From Guillardia theta CCMP2712 (taxonomy: Eukaryota > Protista > Cryptophyta): a stretch of 64,000 bases of DNA. The stretch is from positions 957,363-1,021,362 of the forward strand of contig NW_005434664.1 of the NCBI RefSeq assembly GCF_000315625.1, given 5' to 3'. Positions within the stretch are counted from its first letter, which is position 1. The number at the start of each line of letters is the position of its first letter. A program made the position numbers and the translations under genes. Shown one piece after another: positions 25,795 through 38,723 of this stretch. A model generated the notes under the pieces. It saw only the letters and a list, made by a program, of their open reading frames with translations. It ran no database searches and had not been told where the DNA came from.

Positions 25795-26139
25795 GGAGCC
25801 GATGATACAGCCATCTTCACCAGGGAAGCCATCGAGCAAATTCATCTCTCTATCGCCACCTTTCGCTCTCCTCTTTGCTCCCCAAAGCCGCATAATGCAA
25901 CGTGTCATTGCAGCAGACGTGCTTCAAAATCCTGCTGACATCCCCTTCAAGTCTCATTCAACTCTGCTCGAAATGACAAGCACAGACTGTGAAAACATGC
26001 TGGACAGAACTCAGCGGAATGCGAGAGGTCATCCTCACATTTGAGATTATTAAAACAAAAAAAATGCCTATAGAACACGAAATCGAACAGATTGACCAGT
26101 CTTAACGACATTCGAGCTCTTTCCTTCACCTATCTTCCT

Positions 26140-26799
26140 TCACAAAACGAAGTCGAGCACATCTTCAGTCGCCCCCATGGTAACGTCAGTTTGCTCGTCG
26201 TCATCAGGAGCAAGAGGCTCTCGCTCCTGTAAACCCCACACTTTGGACGCAGTGACATTCGACTCTTCATCTTCCCCCTCATTCAAGTTCTCTTGCAGGT
26301 CGCTCGTCACCGCTGCAGGCTCGCAGGGAATGCCGTCTTCACCGCTCCGCTCCTCAGCACAAGAATCGTCTACACTCTCTCTATCGCCCCCCAGATCAGC
26401 TTGAAACGTTGTCGGAGAGTATCTCCGGAGCAAGACAGACGGTGGCAGCTCCGCAGTCACAGGCATGCAAGGAGAGCAAGGCCCCCAGTTGCCTTCTTCG
26501 CCCATACCATCGCACATCATGGCTGAAGACATTGACCAACATTCAGAAAGAGCTGGATAATCTCCTTGCTGCACTCCAATCCACCCTCCTGCTGGTTGTT
26601 TCCAATGCATACCTTTCACGCCATGCACATCCTCCATGCTCTTGGTGCGAGGGACCTTCGTGCTAGTGCGACATGGCGGGAGGATGCCAGCTCGCTTTTT
26701 GCAATCCAATCTTGGGGCAGCCATTCTTCGTGAACTCGATTCAAGCTCGCAATGGCAGCTAGTCGATCGTATGCATACGAAGACACGGCTGCGAGGCAT
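26140..26799 (-). CDS. Hypothetical single-exon protein (219 aa), low-complexity with acidic C-terminus
   Basis: Uninterrupted ATG-to-stop ORF in non-repetitive sequence; no recognisable domain. Confidence 0.45.
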   Translation of the reverse strand: MPRSRVFVCIRSTSCHCELESSSRRMAAPRLDCKKRAGILPPCRTSTKVPRTKSMEDVHGVKGMHWKQPAGGWIGVQQGDYPALSECWSMSSAMMCDGMGEEGNWGPCSPCMPVTAELPPSVLLRRYSPTTFQADLGGDRESVDDSCAEERSGEDGIPCEPAAVTSDLQENLNEGEDEESNVTASKVWGLQEREPLAPDDDEQTDVTMGATEDVLDFVL

Positions 26800-28642
26800 T
26801 GGTCAGCAAACAGACTTGGTGAATGCAAAAACGCGGCACATCAAAAATGTCTGCACTCCAAACAACTCGAGTTTTCAACAGCATGTCCATTGAGTAGATA
26901 TTCCAACCCTAATCATTACCTAGCAACGTTTATGAACATCTCATAATGAGATTAAACTGTTCAAAACCGATGGAAAGGCCCAACAGGGATAAAGCACTCA
27001 ATGAGTACATTGATTTCTAGCTAACAAAATTCAAATTTTCCTTCTCACCACATTGAGGGAGTTTTCTGCCCTGACCTCACTAGCGTGATGATCATCCGAG
27101 GATCGTATTCTATTCTTCAAGCAATCTCCTCAACACATCGATAACCTTCTCTACTTTCGCTCGTCCACCTTTGAACCTTCATGCCAACTCAAAGGGTGTA
27201 GATGCATGTAACATCTTGAGGACACGGGGGTACTGTTTGTGCAGAGTCCATTACTTCACTGTCCTTCACAGCAACCCTCTCCAACCCAGATCGCCTCTTC
27301 GTCTGTTCCCACACCGATTCCACTCCTTGAACTGAACTATGAAGTAATGAAGCATTATTTACTACATTCTTCATTTGCATTGCTTGTTCACAATAATCAA
27401 GTCCCTTCCCCTCCTCTGTTTCTATTCGCCTTTCCCTCATGCCATGCGTCTGTCTGCATTCTATCTCTCATCCCCCCCCCTCCCCTCCCTCCTCCTCCCT
27501 TCCCCTCCCTCTCCCCCCCACTGCCTGCTGGTCTTTGCCTGCGCCATGTTTGTGCTCGAGGAGAAGAGCATGCAACGGTACGGCAGGGTAGGGGTGGTGA
27601 GGGTCCGGGTAGGGTCCCAAACCCTGCAACTAGTTTCAAGGGGTCTAGAGGCGAGTAGGGTGGGGGTACTGTTTCATCCTAAGGTACTCAGATATGTCAT
27701 TTGACGATTGATGTGGGGTACTAGTAGGTGAGGGGTCAGCACAAGCTAAAATGAAAAGGAGATAATGAAAACATATTATCAAGAGTATTATAAAATAGAG
27801 AGACTATATGGCGCATCCTAAAATACTTGGAGAAAATTCTCTTGATTTAGGGTAGGGGTATAATAAAAGGGGGTGAGTGAAGAATGAGGGGGGGGGTTAT
27901 CTATCAGAGGGCAGGATGTGTGGTTATTATAAGGGGGTAGGGTAGTAATCCAAGGGGGTGTGTCCATCTCCTCGTGTACGAGAAGGGGTGGCATGAGGAG
28001 GGAGAGGAGAAAACAAGGTGAGGGTGGGGTACTTCGAGGTAGGAGAATTTAGGTGGTCGAAGGGTACGGTGGTACAATAGGAAAAGAGTGGCGTGGGGTG
28101 TCTGGGGGGGGGGTGGGTGGTTTGACCGAGGGTCTCCCTGTTGGCAATTAGGGAAACAGAGATGGTGGGGTATTATGTACGGGTCTTTTGGAAGGCCAAA
28201 CAAGGGGTAGTGCTTAATCTCAAGCTTCAGAGGGGGTGGGTCTACCCGGCCGGGCCGGCGGCTGAGTGAATCGACTCCAGCGGCCCCCGTCGGGCCGGCC
28301 GCCGGTCACCGCGGGCCGCGGCCTGACCCGGCAGCAGTGGCGGCAGGCTCAGAGCCTCCGTGAGCTGCGGCTTGTGGGCTGCGGGCCGCAGTGGCTCGCT
28401 GATCACGGCTCGGAGCCTCGGAGTGGCATCCGATGACCACTGTCAGTCATCGGATCATGTGGCCCGCGGCGCCGGGCCGCCAGGCGTCCGACCGGGGCGT
28501 CGCCGTGCGTGGCCGAGTACCATGACGTGACCGGCGGGTCAGCCTCGGCGATGTCCTACACACCGGTGCCATTGAAGGCTCCTCCGAGCTCCTCCTCTAC
28601 CTCCACCTCCTCCAAGAATGTGCTCGGCCTTGACCACTGGGT

Positions 28643-29819
28643 TCATTTTTCTGAAGACACGCATGCCTTGCTCAGACCCTCCTTAGTGCTCGCCAAACTT
28701 CGCACAGTCTCGCTGAGAGCAGCAGCCTGCGTTGAGAGTCAAGTCACGATCCTCTACCCGCCTCCTCTTCCTCTCGGACCCTTCTTCACGGTCTCAGCTC
28801 CGGTCCTCATTGCCAAGACCTCCTCCCCAAACTATTCTCCGCGCCTTCCTCCCTGTTTCCTCCTCCCCCCTGTTTCCTCCTCCCTGTTTCCTCCTCCTCC
28901 TCTCACCTCTGCCATGGCAGCTTCGTCACCCCCGTCGCTGTTGAGTATCTTTACCACGAGCTGCCAGCAGGTAAGAAGACATCTCCTCCTCCTCCTCCTC
29001 CTCCTCCTCCTCCTCCTCCTCCTCCTCCTCCTCCTCCTCCTCCTCCTCCTCCTCCTCCTCACCTCCTGGAAGGAGCTCAGAGTCCCCGCGGCCTCCTGCG
29101 TCAGGCTCGGCTGAAGTTTCTGCAGCAGCAGAGTGAGACAAAGAAAAGGATAGCGAAAAGGGGGATAAGACGAATGGAGGGAGGGGAGGAGGCGAAGGGG
29201 AACGAGGGGGAACGAGGAGGAGACGAGGTGAGTCAGAGAAGAGGATAGGAGAGGGAGGACAGGAAGAGGAAGGGAAGGGAGAGCCGGAGAGGAGAGGAGT
29301 GGGAGTAGGNNNNNNNNNNNNNNNNNNNNNNNNNNNNNNNNNNNNNNNNNNNNNNNNNNNNNNNNNNNNNNNNNNNNNNNNNNNNNNNNNNNNNNNNNNN
29401 NNNNNNNNNNNNNNNNNNNNNNNNNNNNNNNNNNNNNNNNNNNNNNNNNNNNNNNNNNNNNNNNNNNNNNNNNNNNNNNNNNNNNNNNNNNNNNNNNNNN
29501 NNNNNNNNNNNNNNNNNNNNNNNNNNNNNNNNNNNNNNNNNNNNNNNNNNNNNNNNNNNNNNNNNNNNNNNNNNNNNNNNNNNNNNNNNNNNNNNNNNNN
29601 NNNNNNNNNNNNNNNNNNNNNNNNNNNNNNNNNNNNNNNNNNNNNNNNNNNNNNNNNNNNNNNNNNNNNNNNNNNNNNNNNNNNNNNNNNNNNNNNNNNN
29701 NNNNNNNNNNNNNNNNNNNNNNNNNNNNNNNNNNNNNNNNNNNNNNNNNNNNNNNNNNNNNNNNNNNNNNNNNNNNNNNNNNNNNNNNNNNNNNNNNNNN
29801 NNNNNNNNNNNNNTAGGAT

Positions 29820-29889
<70 letters not shown>

Positions 29890-29905
29890 GCTGATAGTGA
29901 TGCTG

Positions 29906-29950
<45 letters not shown>

Positions 29951-32093
29951 ATGATCGCTGAGATGATGATTATAGTGATGATGATAACGACGAGCAGTAC
30001 TCACCTGGCGATCCTCTGCAGTTGCCGAGAAGGAGATCCCATGAGCTTTGCACTTCCCCAGCAAGTCAATTGTCTTTCAGTCGTGTTGATGCAAAAGATT
30101 TCTCACCTGGCTCTCGAGCACAAGGTTGACAATATCCGTACAGAGAGTTTTCAAGAGGTACCTGAACAAACTATCAGATGGTGCTGCCGAGAAGAAAGGA
30201 GGGAGGAGGAGGAGGGAGGAGGAGGAGGGAGGAGAGAGGGCAAGAAGAGATGGGGGCGAGAAGAGAATGGAAGTAGGGGGATAGGGAGCGGAAGAAGAGG
30301 GAGAGGAAGCAAATGTGGAGACAGAAGAGAGGGAGGGAGGAGGTTGAGGAGAGGAGATTCGTTTTGTTCTCACTTCTCCATCGCCGCGGCTGTTTCGTCC
30401 GAAAAGAACGAGATCCCCTGCATGAGCGTGAGAAACGAGGAGGAGATGAAGAGAAAGATGACGATCAAAACAAACAGGTGGATCGATAGCTGGAAGGCAG
30501 GGGAGGGGAGGGAGGGGAAAGGAGGGGACCTTTCGGAAGAGGGAGAGCTGCTGGTATAGAAGGACAAACTTTGACTGCAACTCATCGTTCTTGACTCTCT
30601 TGGTCGCTGAGGATGTGAAGAGAGAGTTTGCAATCTCATGGTAGATCTGCAGAGCAAGACATGTCAACCTTCTTGACGTGCTCGTTACATCCTCCTGCTT
30701 ACATCTTTAGCTTTTGACCGCAAGGAGACGACAACTTCTTGTATGAAATCTTCACTTGCAAAATCCTTGGAAAGAAAGTTCACTGTCAGCGATGGGGTAT
30801 GGAAAGCAATGAGAGAGGTGCGAGGTCGGATTGAACGGCGAGTCATCCAAGATGAAGAGGTGAGTTGAGGTGCAAACGAAGTAGATGACATGTGAGAGAA
30901 GAGATGGGGAGATCAGAACATCTGAAACATGTTGGATGAGATGGGAGGGGATGGATGAGCAAGTAGTCAGGTGCTGGTGAATACCATCTCATGGTCATCA
31001 GAAGAAGACTTTAAGAAGTCTTTGACAAATTTTGAGGTTTCTGAGCACGTTGCTAGTCAGATACAAGAACAGCAGGAGGAGAACAACAAGAGAGAAAGAA
31101 GGAGGGAAAGGAAGAGGGAGAGGAGTAAAACGAGGAGGAGAACGGAAGAGAGAAGAGGTGAGAGCAAGTTCAAGATCAAGTAATTCAAACAACTTGACAT
31201 TTCAAATTACCTCCATCATAGTCGAAAGAGCTTCCCTGCTGCTGCTTCCCCCCCTTGTCTATCTTCTTGGCCGAGCTCTCGTCTCCTCCTCCTTTTCCTT
31301 TCTTCTCCTTCTGCTTCGCTGCTGCTTCCTGCGCATGCTGGTTATACTGCTGCTGCTGCTGCTCGTCCTCCTCCTCCTCACCTTTAGTTCTTGTCTCTTG
31401 CTTCCTTTGCCCTTCTTCCCGTCTTCCTCCTCCTCTTCGACCTCCTTCACATTTTTCTTTCCTCCCTGTAGAAGGCACGAGTAAAACCCCTCCTTCTTCC
31501 TCCCCCTCCTCTGACGATCATTCACCTTCTTCTTTCCCCTACCCCCGTCGTCATCGTCGTCGTCGTCCTGTGCAGCAGCTGCGCGATCAATCAGAATCAG
31601 TCTGCTCCTGCTCCTGCTCCTGTTCCTCCTCTCGTTCCTGCTCCTTCTGCTTCTTCTGCTCCTCTTCCTCATCTCATTCCTGCTCCTTCTCGTCCTTGTA
31701 CGCAACTTCTTCCTCGGCTCATCTCTCTCGAGTTTCGTTTCATTTCTTGCTTTGCCTCTCCTCCTCCCTCCCTCACCTGGGCTGACAAGATCGCTCTTGA
31801 GAGCAGCATGGAGCCTGTCCCCGTCCTGCCCCTGTGTCAGTCTATCGCCTCCTCCTCCCCTCTCCTCCCTTTCTTGTTCGCTGCCTCCCCTCCTCTCTTC
31901 TCCTCTCCTCTCCTCTCCTCCTCCCCTCCCCTCCCGTATTCACTCCTTCCCTCTCCTTCCGCTATATCCCCTTGCCTCCCGTCCTCTCACCGCTGTTGCT
32001 TTCGCCCGGATATGCTCGATGCACTGCATAAAAGTGAGGAGGAGGAGGAGGAGGAGGAGGAGGAGGAGGAGGGGGAGGAGGGGGAGGAGGAGG

Positions 32094-32128
<35 letters not shown>

Positions 32129-35100
32129 CGGGTGGAGGGGGAGGGGGGGGGGAAAGAGCGATCTATCAAGGATAAACAGACGAGGGGGGGGCGGGGGGGC
32201 TAGAAGAGTTAGTGACTCCTTCTGGACTTTGATGACGGGAGGGAGGTCTTCACTGCTACTCCCCTGATGGTTTGTAGAACGAAGAAGTGGCCGAACGACT
32301 GCTTGAAACATAAGACAANNNNNNNNNNNNNNNNNNNNNNNNNNNNNNNNNNNNNNNNNNNNNNNNNNNNNNNNNNNNNNNNNNNNNNNNNNNNNNNNNN
32401 NNNNNNNNNNNNNNNNNNNNNNNNNNNNNNNNNNNNNNNNNNNNNNNNNNNNNNNNNNNNNNNNNNNNNNNNNNNNNNNNNNNNNNNNNNNNNNNNNNNN
32501 NNNNNNNNNNNNNNNNNNNNNNNNNNNNNNNNNNNNNNNNNNNNNNNNNNNNNNNNNNNNNNNNNNNNCTCCTCCTCCTCCTCCAGCATCTTTGACTTGG
32601 CAAACTCCTTCCCCCCTCTCGTTCCCCATCTGCCTGTCTGCCTTCTAGTTCATCTCACCTGTTCGACCAATCTGGATGAGACGAAGCAGCTCCGAAGGGC
32701 AAAACCAAGATTTCCAAACTCTTTGCTGAGGAATGACTGCAGAACAACATGGAATAAGATCGTCGTCGTCGTCGTCGTCATCATCATCAATATCGTCATA
32801 TCTATCGTCGTTATCCTCCTCCTCCTCCTCCTCCTCCTCATCATCATCATCATCATCAGTTCGATGGATCACTTTTGGGTTGTTGATGAGCATTTTCTCT
32901 GCGGTGGAGTACTCGATGTATCCATTCTGATTGAAGAAATTCTTTGCCTGCACGTGGCGATATGAGACAGAGAACAGAAGAGAAAAGCAAAGATAATGCG
33001 GAAAGAGAAGAGACGGACAAAGTGAGGAGAGGAAGAAAGAGGAGGAAGAGGAGGGGAGGGAGAAAGAGGAGGAGGGAAAGGGAGGAAGAGGAGGAGAGAA
33101 GAGAAAGCGAAGAAGAGAGAAGAGGAAAGGAAGGAGGATGGTGGAAAGGGAGGAGGGAGGAAAGGGAGGAGGGAGGAAAGGGCGGAGGAGAGGAGAGGAA
33201 GGAAGAGGAGGAGAGAAGAGAGGGAGGTGGATGAGAGGAACAAAGACGAAGGAGGACGAGGAAGGAAAGTAGAGAGGAGGACGAGGAGATCCTTCGGACT
33301 AACCGCAGAGAGCTGAGATCGGATGAAGATTTCGGGGGTGTAAACTGCTCTCATGCCTTTACCGCTCAACGTGCCCTGAAAGATCATGAGGAGAAGAAGT
33401 CAAGAAGGCGGACAGGAGGGAGAGATGCAAGAGGAGGAAGAAGCTATGAGGGCAGAGTAGGAAGGAGAGGAAGCTGGAAGGAGAAGGAGGTTGCGAGAGA
33501 GGTTGGGAGGATGGGGATGGGAATGGGGAAGAGCAGGCAGATGGAGAGGAGGTGGGAGGAGGAAGCAGGGGGAGGAAGAGAAGGAGGAGAGGGAGCAAGG
33601 GAGGGTCTCTTTGAGTTACCTTGATTCTTCCTTCTTTGATGAGACTTTCAACCTTCTGATCGAAGAGCGACTCGTCGAAGTAGAAGATTGACTAAGCTAT
33701 GCACTCCAGGACCCTCGACTCCCCCCCCCCCGGCCTCCTTGATCCTGCTCCTGCTCCTGCTCCTGCTGCTCGTCCTCCATCCCTGTCTCCTCCTTCCCGT
33801 AATCCCCCTCCCCCCTCCTTTCCCCTCCCTTTCCCCTCCCCCTCTTCTCTTCCTCGCACCTGCAAACTGGCGAGAGTTGTGGGGCGAGTGAGGGCGCTGA
33901 ACGTTCCTCGGATACAAGCTTCCTGCAAGCGTGCAACATGAGAATCTCCCTTCCTTCCCTCCCCCCCTCATACGCCGCCTCTGCCACTATCAACACTCCT
34001 TCCCTGCCCTGCCCTCCCTTCCCTCCTCGGCCTCCCACTCTCTCCCTACTTTCCTCCGCCCCCATCCCTGTGTCCAGTTCATCGTTTTTCTTCATCTCAT
34101 ATCGTTTTCCATCCGCACCCTCCTGCTGACACCGGTGTTGTCTGGCCCCCCTCCCCCTCCCTCCTTGCTTCACCTGTCTCTCGATGTATGTGTCAGTATA
34201 CAGCATCCCCCTTCCATCCTTCCTTGCACTATGGAGCCTGCGCCGAAATATCACTCCTCCTCCTCCTCCTCCTCCTCCTCCTCACCCATTCTTCGCGATA
34301 GAGTTTCGATCAGGAATTGAGTCGTGATGCCGAATCTCGATGCCACTTCCACCAACCTTGAGCAGAGAAAATCACATCACAGAGTTTGTCCACCTCCCTC
34401 CTCCCTCCTCCCTCCTCCCTATCTCCCTTCTCCCCTCCCACCTCCTCCTCTTCTCGTACCTCAAGCTTCCACTCTCTTGAAGGATCTGATTCGTTTCCTC
34501 CGCCAGTCCATCCAAATATTCGCTGGATGAGTTTCAATATGCGAGAGAGAGACTAAGAGCTGTAGAGCTGCCCTTTTCTCTCTCCATCTCCATCCTCCCT
34601 GCTCCCTTCCTTTCTCGCCCACTCCTCCCCTCCTTCCTCTCCCTTGCTTACCTGCATCTCTACCTCCCTCCCTCCCTCCCTCCCTCCCTCCTGCCTCTCT
34701 CTCTCCCCTCCTTCCCTCCTCTCTCCCTATCTCTCTCCCTTCCTTGCCCACTTCCCTGCATCGCTCCCTGCCTTGCTCCTGCTTCTCTCTCGGTCCCTTC
34801 CCTTCCTTGCTCACCTGGTCAACACTTCGCCATCGATCATGGAGATGCTCGAGTCCTCACTGCCAACACGTTCAAATCTCAATGTGTACATGAGCAGAGT
34901 GTGCTGAAGGAGAATGGAGGGAGGGAGGACGAGGCCAAAACGGGGAAAGGGGCAGGAGGGAGGCGGGAGGAGGAAGGGAGGAGGAGGGGAGGCGAGAGGA
35001 GAGGAGGGAGGGAGGAGCCCCACCTAAGGATTTTGTCCATCCGATCTTGAACATGTCGAAGATCGACGTTGACCGCAGTCTGAATATCTGTGATCTTCAC

Positions 35101-35850
35101 TCTTCCTGCAAAGACAACAGTGATGAGTGCGCAAAGAAGCTGACAGAGCAAGGAGATGAAGATGAAGATGAAGATGAAGACGAAGACGAAGACGAAGACG
35201 AAGATCAAGATGAAGATGAAGACGGTGGAGGCGATGTGATGACACTTGAGAAGGTGGGTATTGTGGAGATCAAGATAAAATTGAGGTGGATGTGACGATG
35301 TCGTCGATGGCTATGGTTGTGGTTGTCGTGGTGGTGGTGATGATGATCATATCGAAAACAGATGAAGATATAGTATGTCAAACTACAACTGCTGGATGGC
35401 AGCGACGAGGATGCTGAAGGAACAGGTGCAAGGAAGCTGAGTCAAGGTTTGATGTGTTACCTCCATTCACAACGATCTCATCTCGAATCTCTTTCTCAAG
35501 ATGCTCCGGGGTGACATATTCATTGCCATCCTGTCATATCATGTCGGCTTCTTTCCAACCCTAGCACCTTCCTCTCCCTGCCAGCTATCCTCTATCCCCT
35601 GCCCATCTCCCGGCTCCACAGATATCTCTCTCTGCCTCTGCCTCTACCTCTCTCTGTCCCCCACCAGTCCCTTCTCACCCCCTCCCTGTCTCTTGCCTCA
35701 TTCTCTCACCAGGTTAACGATGAGGGTCACAAGACCGTTGGAGAGAAGCTTGATCAGCAGCTCGCGACAGTTCCGCTCGCTCAGCCTTGGGCGCGTCTCC
35801 TGCTTCTGCACAGCTCCCAGGAGCGCCTGCAGCGCCTCGATCTCGTCCAT
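28643..35850 (-). CDS. UFL1: E3 UFM1-protein ligase 1, many exons, spans two assembly gaps
   Basis: N-terminus MDEIEALQ..RLSERNCRELLIKLL..EIRDEIVVNG-GRVKITDIQTAVNVDL is the UFL1 signature. Also GTLSG..AVYTPEIFIRSQ, FFNQNGYIEY and the K/G-rich KEKKGKGGG segment. The 3' end (AAALSETVRSLASTKEGLSK..*) is approximate. Confidence 0.92.
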
Positions 35851-36782
35851 GGCGGCTCCTCCAACGATGTGATGCCAGCAGACCAGCAGGAACCTGTCGA
35901 CCACGTCGCACGATCAGCTTGCTGATGACAAAAAGGTCGCATGCCTGGTATGTTATACAACTTGGTTTGCTTGCTCTCTTCCTTTGTGATATGTAGGACT
36001 CTCTCTACTGCCCTGCTCTTTCTGCTCAGCTCTGCAGTTCTCTGCTCTGCACCTCTCTGTCATGACCTGCTCGGCTACCTGCATACTCTGCCATGCTCTG
36101 TGATGACCTGCTCGGCTACCTGCATACTCTGCCATGACCTGTCATGACCTGACCTGCTCTCGGCTCTCCCCTTCACTCGTGAATTCCAGTCCACCTTCGC
36201 CACGATGATTTCGCAAGAGGTTGTGTAGGGGGGTACCCACTACACTTGTAGGGGTGGGGGTAAATAATTTTCAAATATATATGTTTTTATCTCTTTTTAT
36301 TTGAAGTTTAGTTGATAATTAGTGGTAAATACTAAAACATTTTTCAAGTCGTCCTTTACATGGGGTAGGGGTGCTCCTAGGAGGGGATACCATGTCATTG
36401 AGGAAACTCGACACGGCCGCCTCTAGTCGGCTATTCATCACCCTCATATCCCTCGACTCTTGCAAGTCGCCGGGCGAGTGACCTTCTCTCAGTATTCTCG
36501 GAGTCGCAAATGGGCCCGGCAATGCATCGCACTCAGCAATGAGACCCGTCCTCGCAGCGCACCGCCATGCAGGAAAGGCGCGGCTGTAGTGATAGCTAGA
36601 CGTCCTGCCCTCCTTGTTTGATCATCTTCTCCTTCTCCCCTTCTGTTTCACCACTCAACTCTCCTCTCTCCGCTCTCCTCTCCGCTCTCCCCCCCCCCCC
36701 CTTGTTTCTCCACTCTTCTGGCTGCTGTTGCCAGCATCGCAGTTCAAATCATTCAGAGCTCTGCTACACGGACCAACGCACC

Positions 36783-38198
36783 ATGAAGATCCTTTGTTTA
36801 CTCCTTGCCCTCTCTTCTTCTGTCGCCCAGGGAGCTATTGCGACTTACCAACATCAACACGTCAGAATTGCACTCCGGGCATGCACTCGCTTCTCCCCGT
36901 GTCAGCTCCGGTTGCGGACGCTGCGTCTCAATGGCGGAGCAGAAGTTAGTATCGACCAGCTGAAAGAGTTCCTTGCAGACAATCCTGTAGATCGTGAGGA
37001 GGAGGAGGCCAACCTGATGGCCTGGTTAGAGCAGGGAGACGAGAAGGGGGACTGCCCTCCTGTAGACGAGGATTTCAAGCAGGCCGTTGATAGAGCCTTG
37101 AAGATCTTCGAGCAGGAGATGATTGCACAAGGAAATCCAAACTGGAAAGCAGATTTGAGGAGAAGTCTGGGGAGCATCATTCCGGAGGCACTCAACACAA
37201 CCATGAATCAAACAAGGCAGTCAATGAAGGAGGAGAAGCCCTCCAGCTCATTGAACCTTGGTTCTGTCTTTGTCAATGCGGCAAAACATGGAAATGTGAC
37301 ACAGATATACGACTGCCTGAAGCTTGGCCTAAAAGTCAACGTCAGGGCGTGCGAGGTATGGCGGCCTCTCTGTTGTCTAGCCAGGAATCTGATTCTGAAT
37401 CTTCAGTACACCGGTTGGAGCCTCCTGCACTGGACCATCATGAGTGGCAAGGTTTGAGAAAGGAAATCGACTGAATCCTTGTGATGATTGCTGTCACGAA
37501 GGTGGATGCTGTCAAGCTCTTGATAAGTGCAGGTGAAGCATTGGTCAACCCATCGTCCTTTTTTCCCTGTGGCCCCTGCAATTTAGTGACGAACTCGTCC
37601 AGGGGCCAAGGTTGACGCAAAGAGCTTCAGTGGGCAGACGCCGTAAGAGCAACTTGGTTCGCGGTTGTCTTCCTGACGCTTCTTTTGTTCTCCTGACGCT
37701 AGTCTGCACATGGCCGTGCTCGAAAATCATCTGGAGATAGTCAGGGCTCTGATCTTGAACGAGGAAAGAGCATGTCGAGATGGAATCGGACTTTGACTCG
37801 TCCTTTGTCGCAGGCTGATGTCAATTGTCAAGACGACCAACGATGTACCCCCTTGCACCTCGCCGCTATGATGGGCCATGAAAAGATATGCACCTTACTG
37901 CTCAGGTCTGGGTTCTCTAGCTGAATGACTGCTTTCGTGTTCCCAGTTGTTTGCCCTTTGCCAATGTGATTGAACTTGCAGCTGTGGCGCCGACATTACG
38001 CTAAAGAATCAAGAAAAGGACACAGCTCGTGACGTGGCTAAGAAGAACACAATGAAGGAGATCGTTGGGTTAGGGGCAGATGCATGATCTAGATCCTTCC
38101 TCTGACATAGTTTCAGATTGCTGGAAGAGTGGAGTGGCCGCGATAAAAGCATGTCAAAGTTGAGAGATGTGGAGATTATTTCAAACCCCGAGCACTAG
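36783..38198 (+). CDS. Signal-peptide ankyrin-repeat protein with an LRLNGG motif
   Basis: MKILCLLLALSSSVAQG (signal), then LRLRTLRLNGG, an acidic region, and spliced ankyrin repeats (NAAKHGN, GWSLLHW, GQTP-LHMAVLENHLEIVRAL, CTPLHLAAMMGHEKIC, TARDVA). Stop at 38196-38198. Confidence 0.87.
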
Positions 38199-38435
38199 CA
38201 TTACGAGGAAAAGTCTTGAAATCATTTCAGAGACATTCATCAATATATGTCCAGAAGAGAAAGGATGAGAGATGATAGATAAATGTTTTATTGTTAATAG
38301 TACAACGATCGTGGCATAAAGCCTCGATCATGATTGGAATTCAGATACCCAATCACCTTGACAACTTTCGTGAATGAACTAAACATGGAAAATGAGGAAT
38401 TGCCAGTGAGCACGTTGCCGTTCTTCTTCACCTTT

Positions 38436-38723
38436 CTAAATAATCGACCTTGCTTTAGCCAAGGCTAACTCAATATTCGTCATGCATTCTCGTCCGTCGC
38501 TATGTACGATGATCTTCTTCGAGCAGCGATCGGAGGAGCGATCGCCGGCTTGCACGACTTGGTTTCGTTGAGCAGAGAGTCTTCGTAGCTCAAAATCTTC
38601 CAGGTAGCGCTTCTGCTCGTGATTGAGCTTGAACATCTTCTTCTTTGTCCGCACATTCACGTTCTCCGAATACGAGAAAGTCACATTCGATTTCGCCGAG
38701 GGTGCACATGGGATCGATACCAT
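38436..38723 (-). CDS. Hypothetical small single-exon protein (~95 aa)
   Basis: ATG-initiated part (MVSIPCAP..) of ORF 38436-38867, convergent with the ankyrin gene; no known domain. Confidence 0.35.
   Translation of the reverse strand: MVSIPCAPSAKSNVTFSYSENVNVRTKKKMFKLNHEQKRYLEDFELRRLSAQRNQVVQAGDRSSDRCSKKIIVHSDGRECMTNIELALAKARSII

Noticed and set aside
28509-29114. 201-aa plus-strand ORF
   Set aside because: Antisense to the last UFL1 exons and kept open by a (CCT)n tract; no domain.
28832-30064. Long poly-His/poly-Gln ORF and other ORFs spanning N-runs
   Set aside because: Translations of (GAT)n/(CTG)n microsatellites and assembly gaps inside UFL1 introns.
36061-36160. Repeated ATGACCTGCTCGGCTACCTGCATACTCTGCCATG upstream of UFL1
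   Set aside because: Simple local tandem duplication; no evidence of function.
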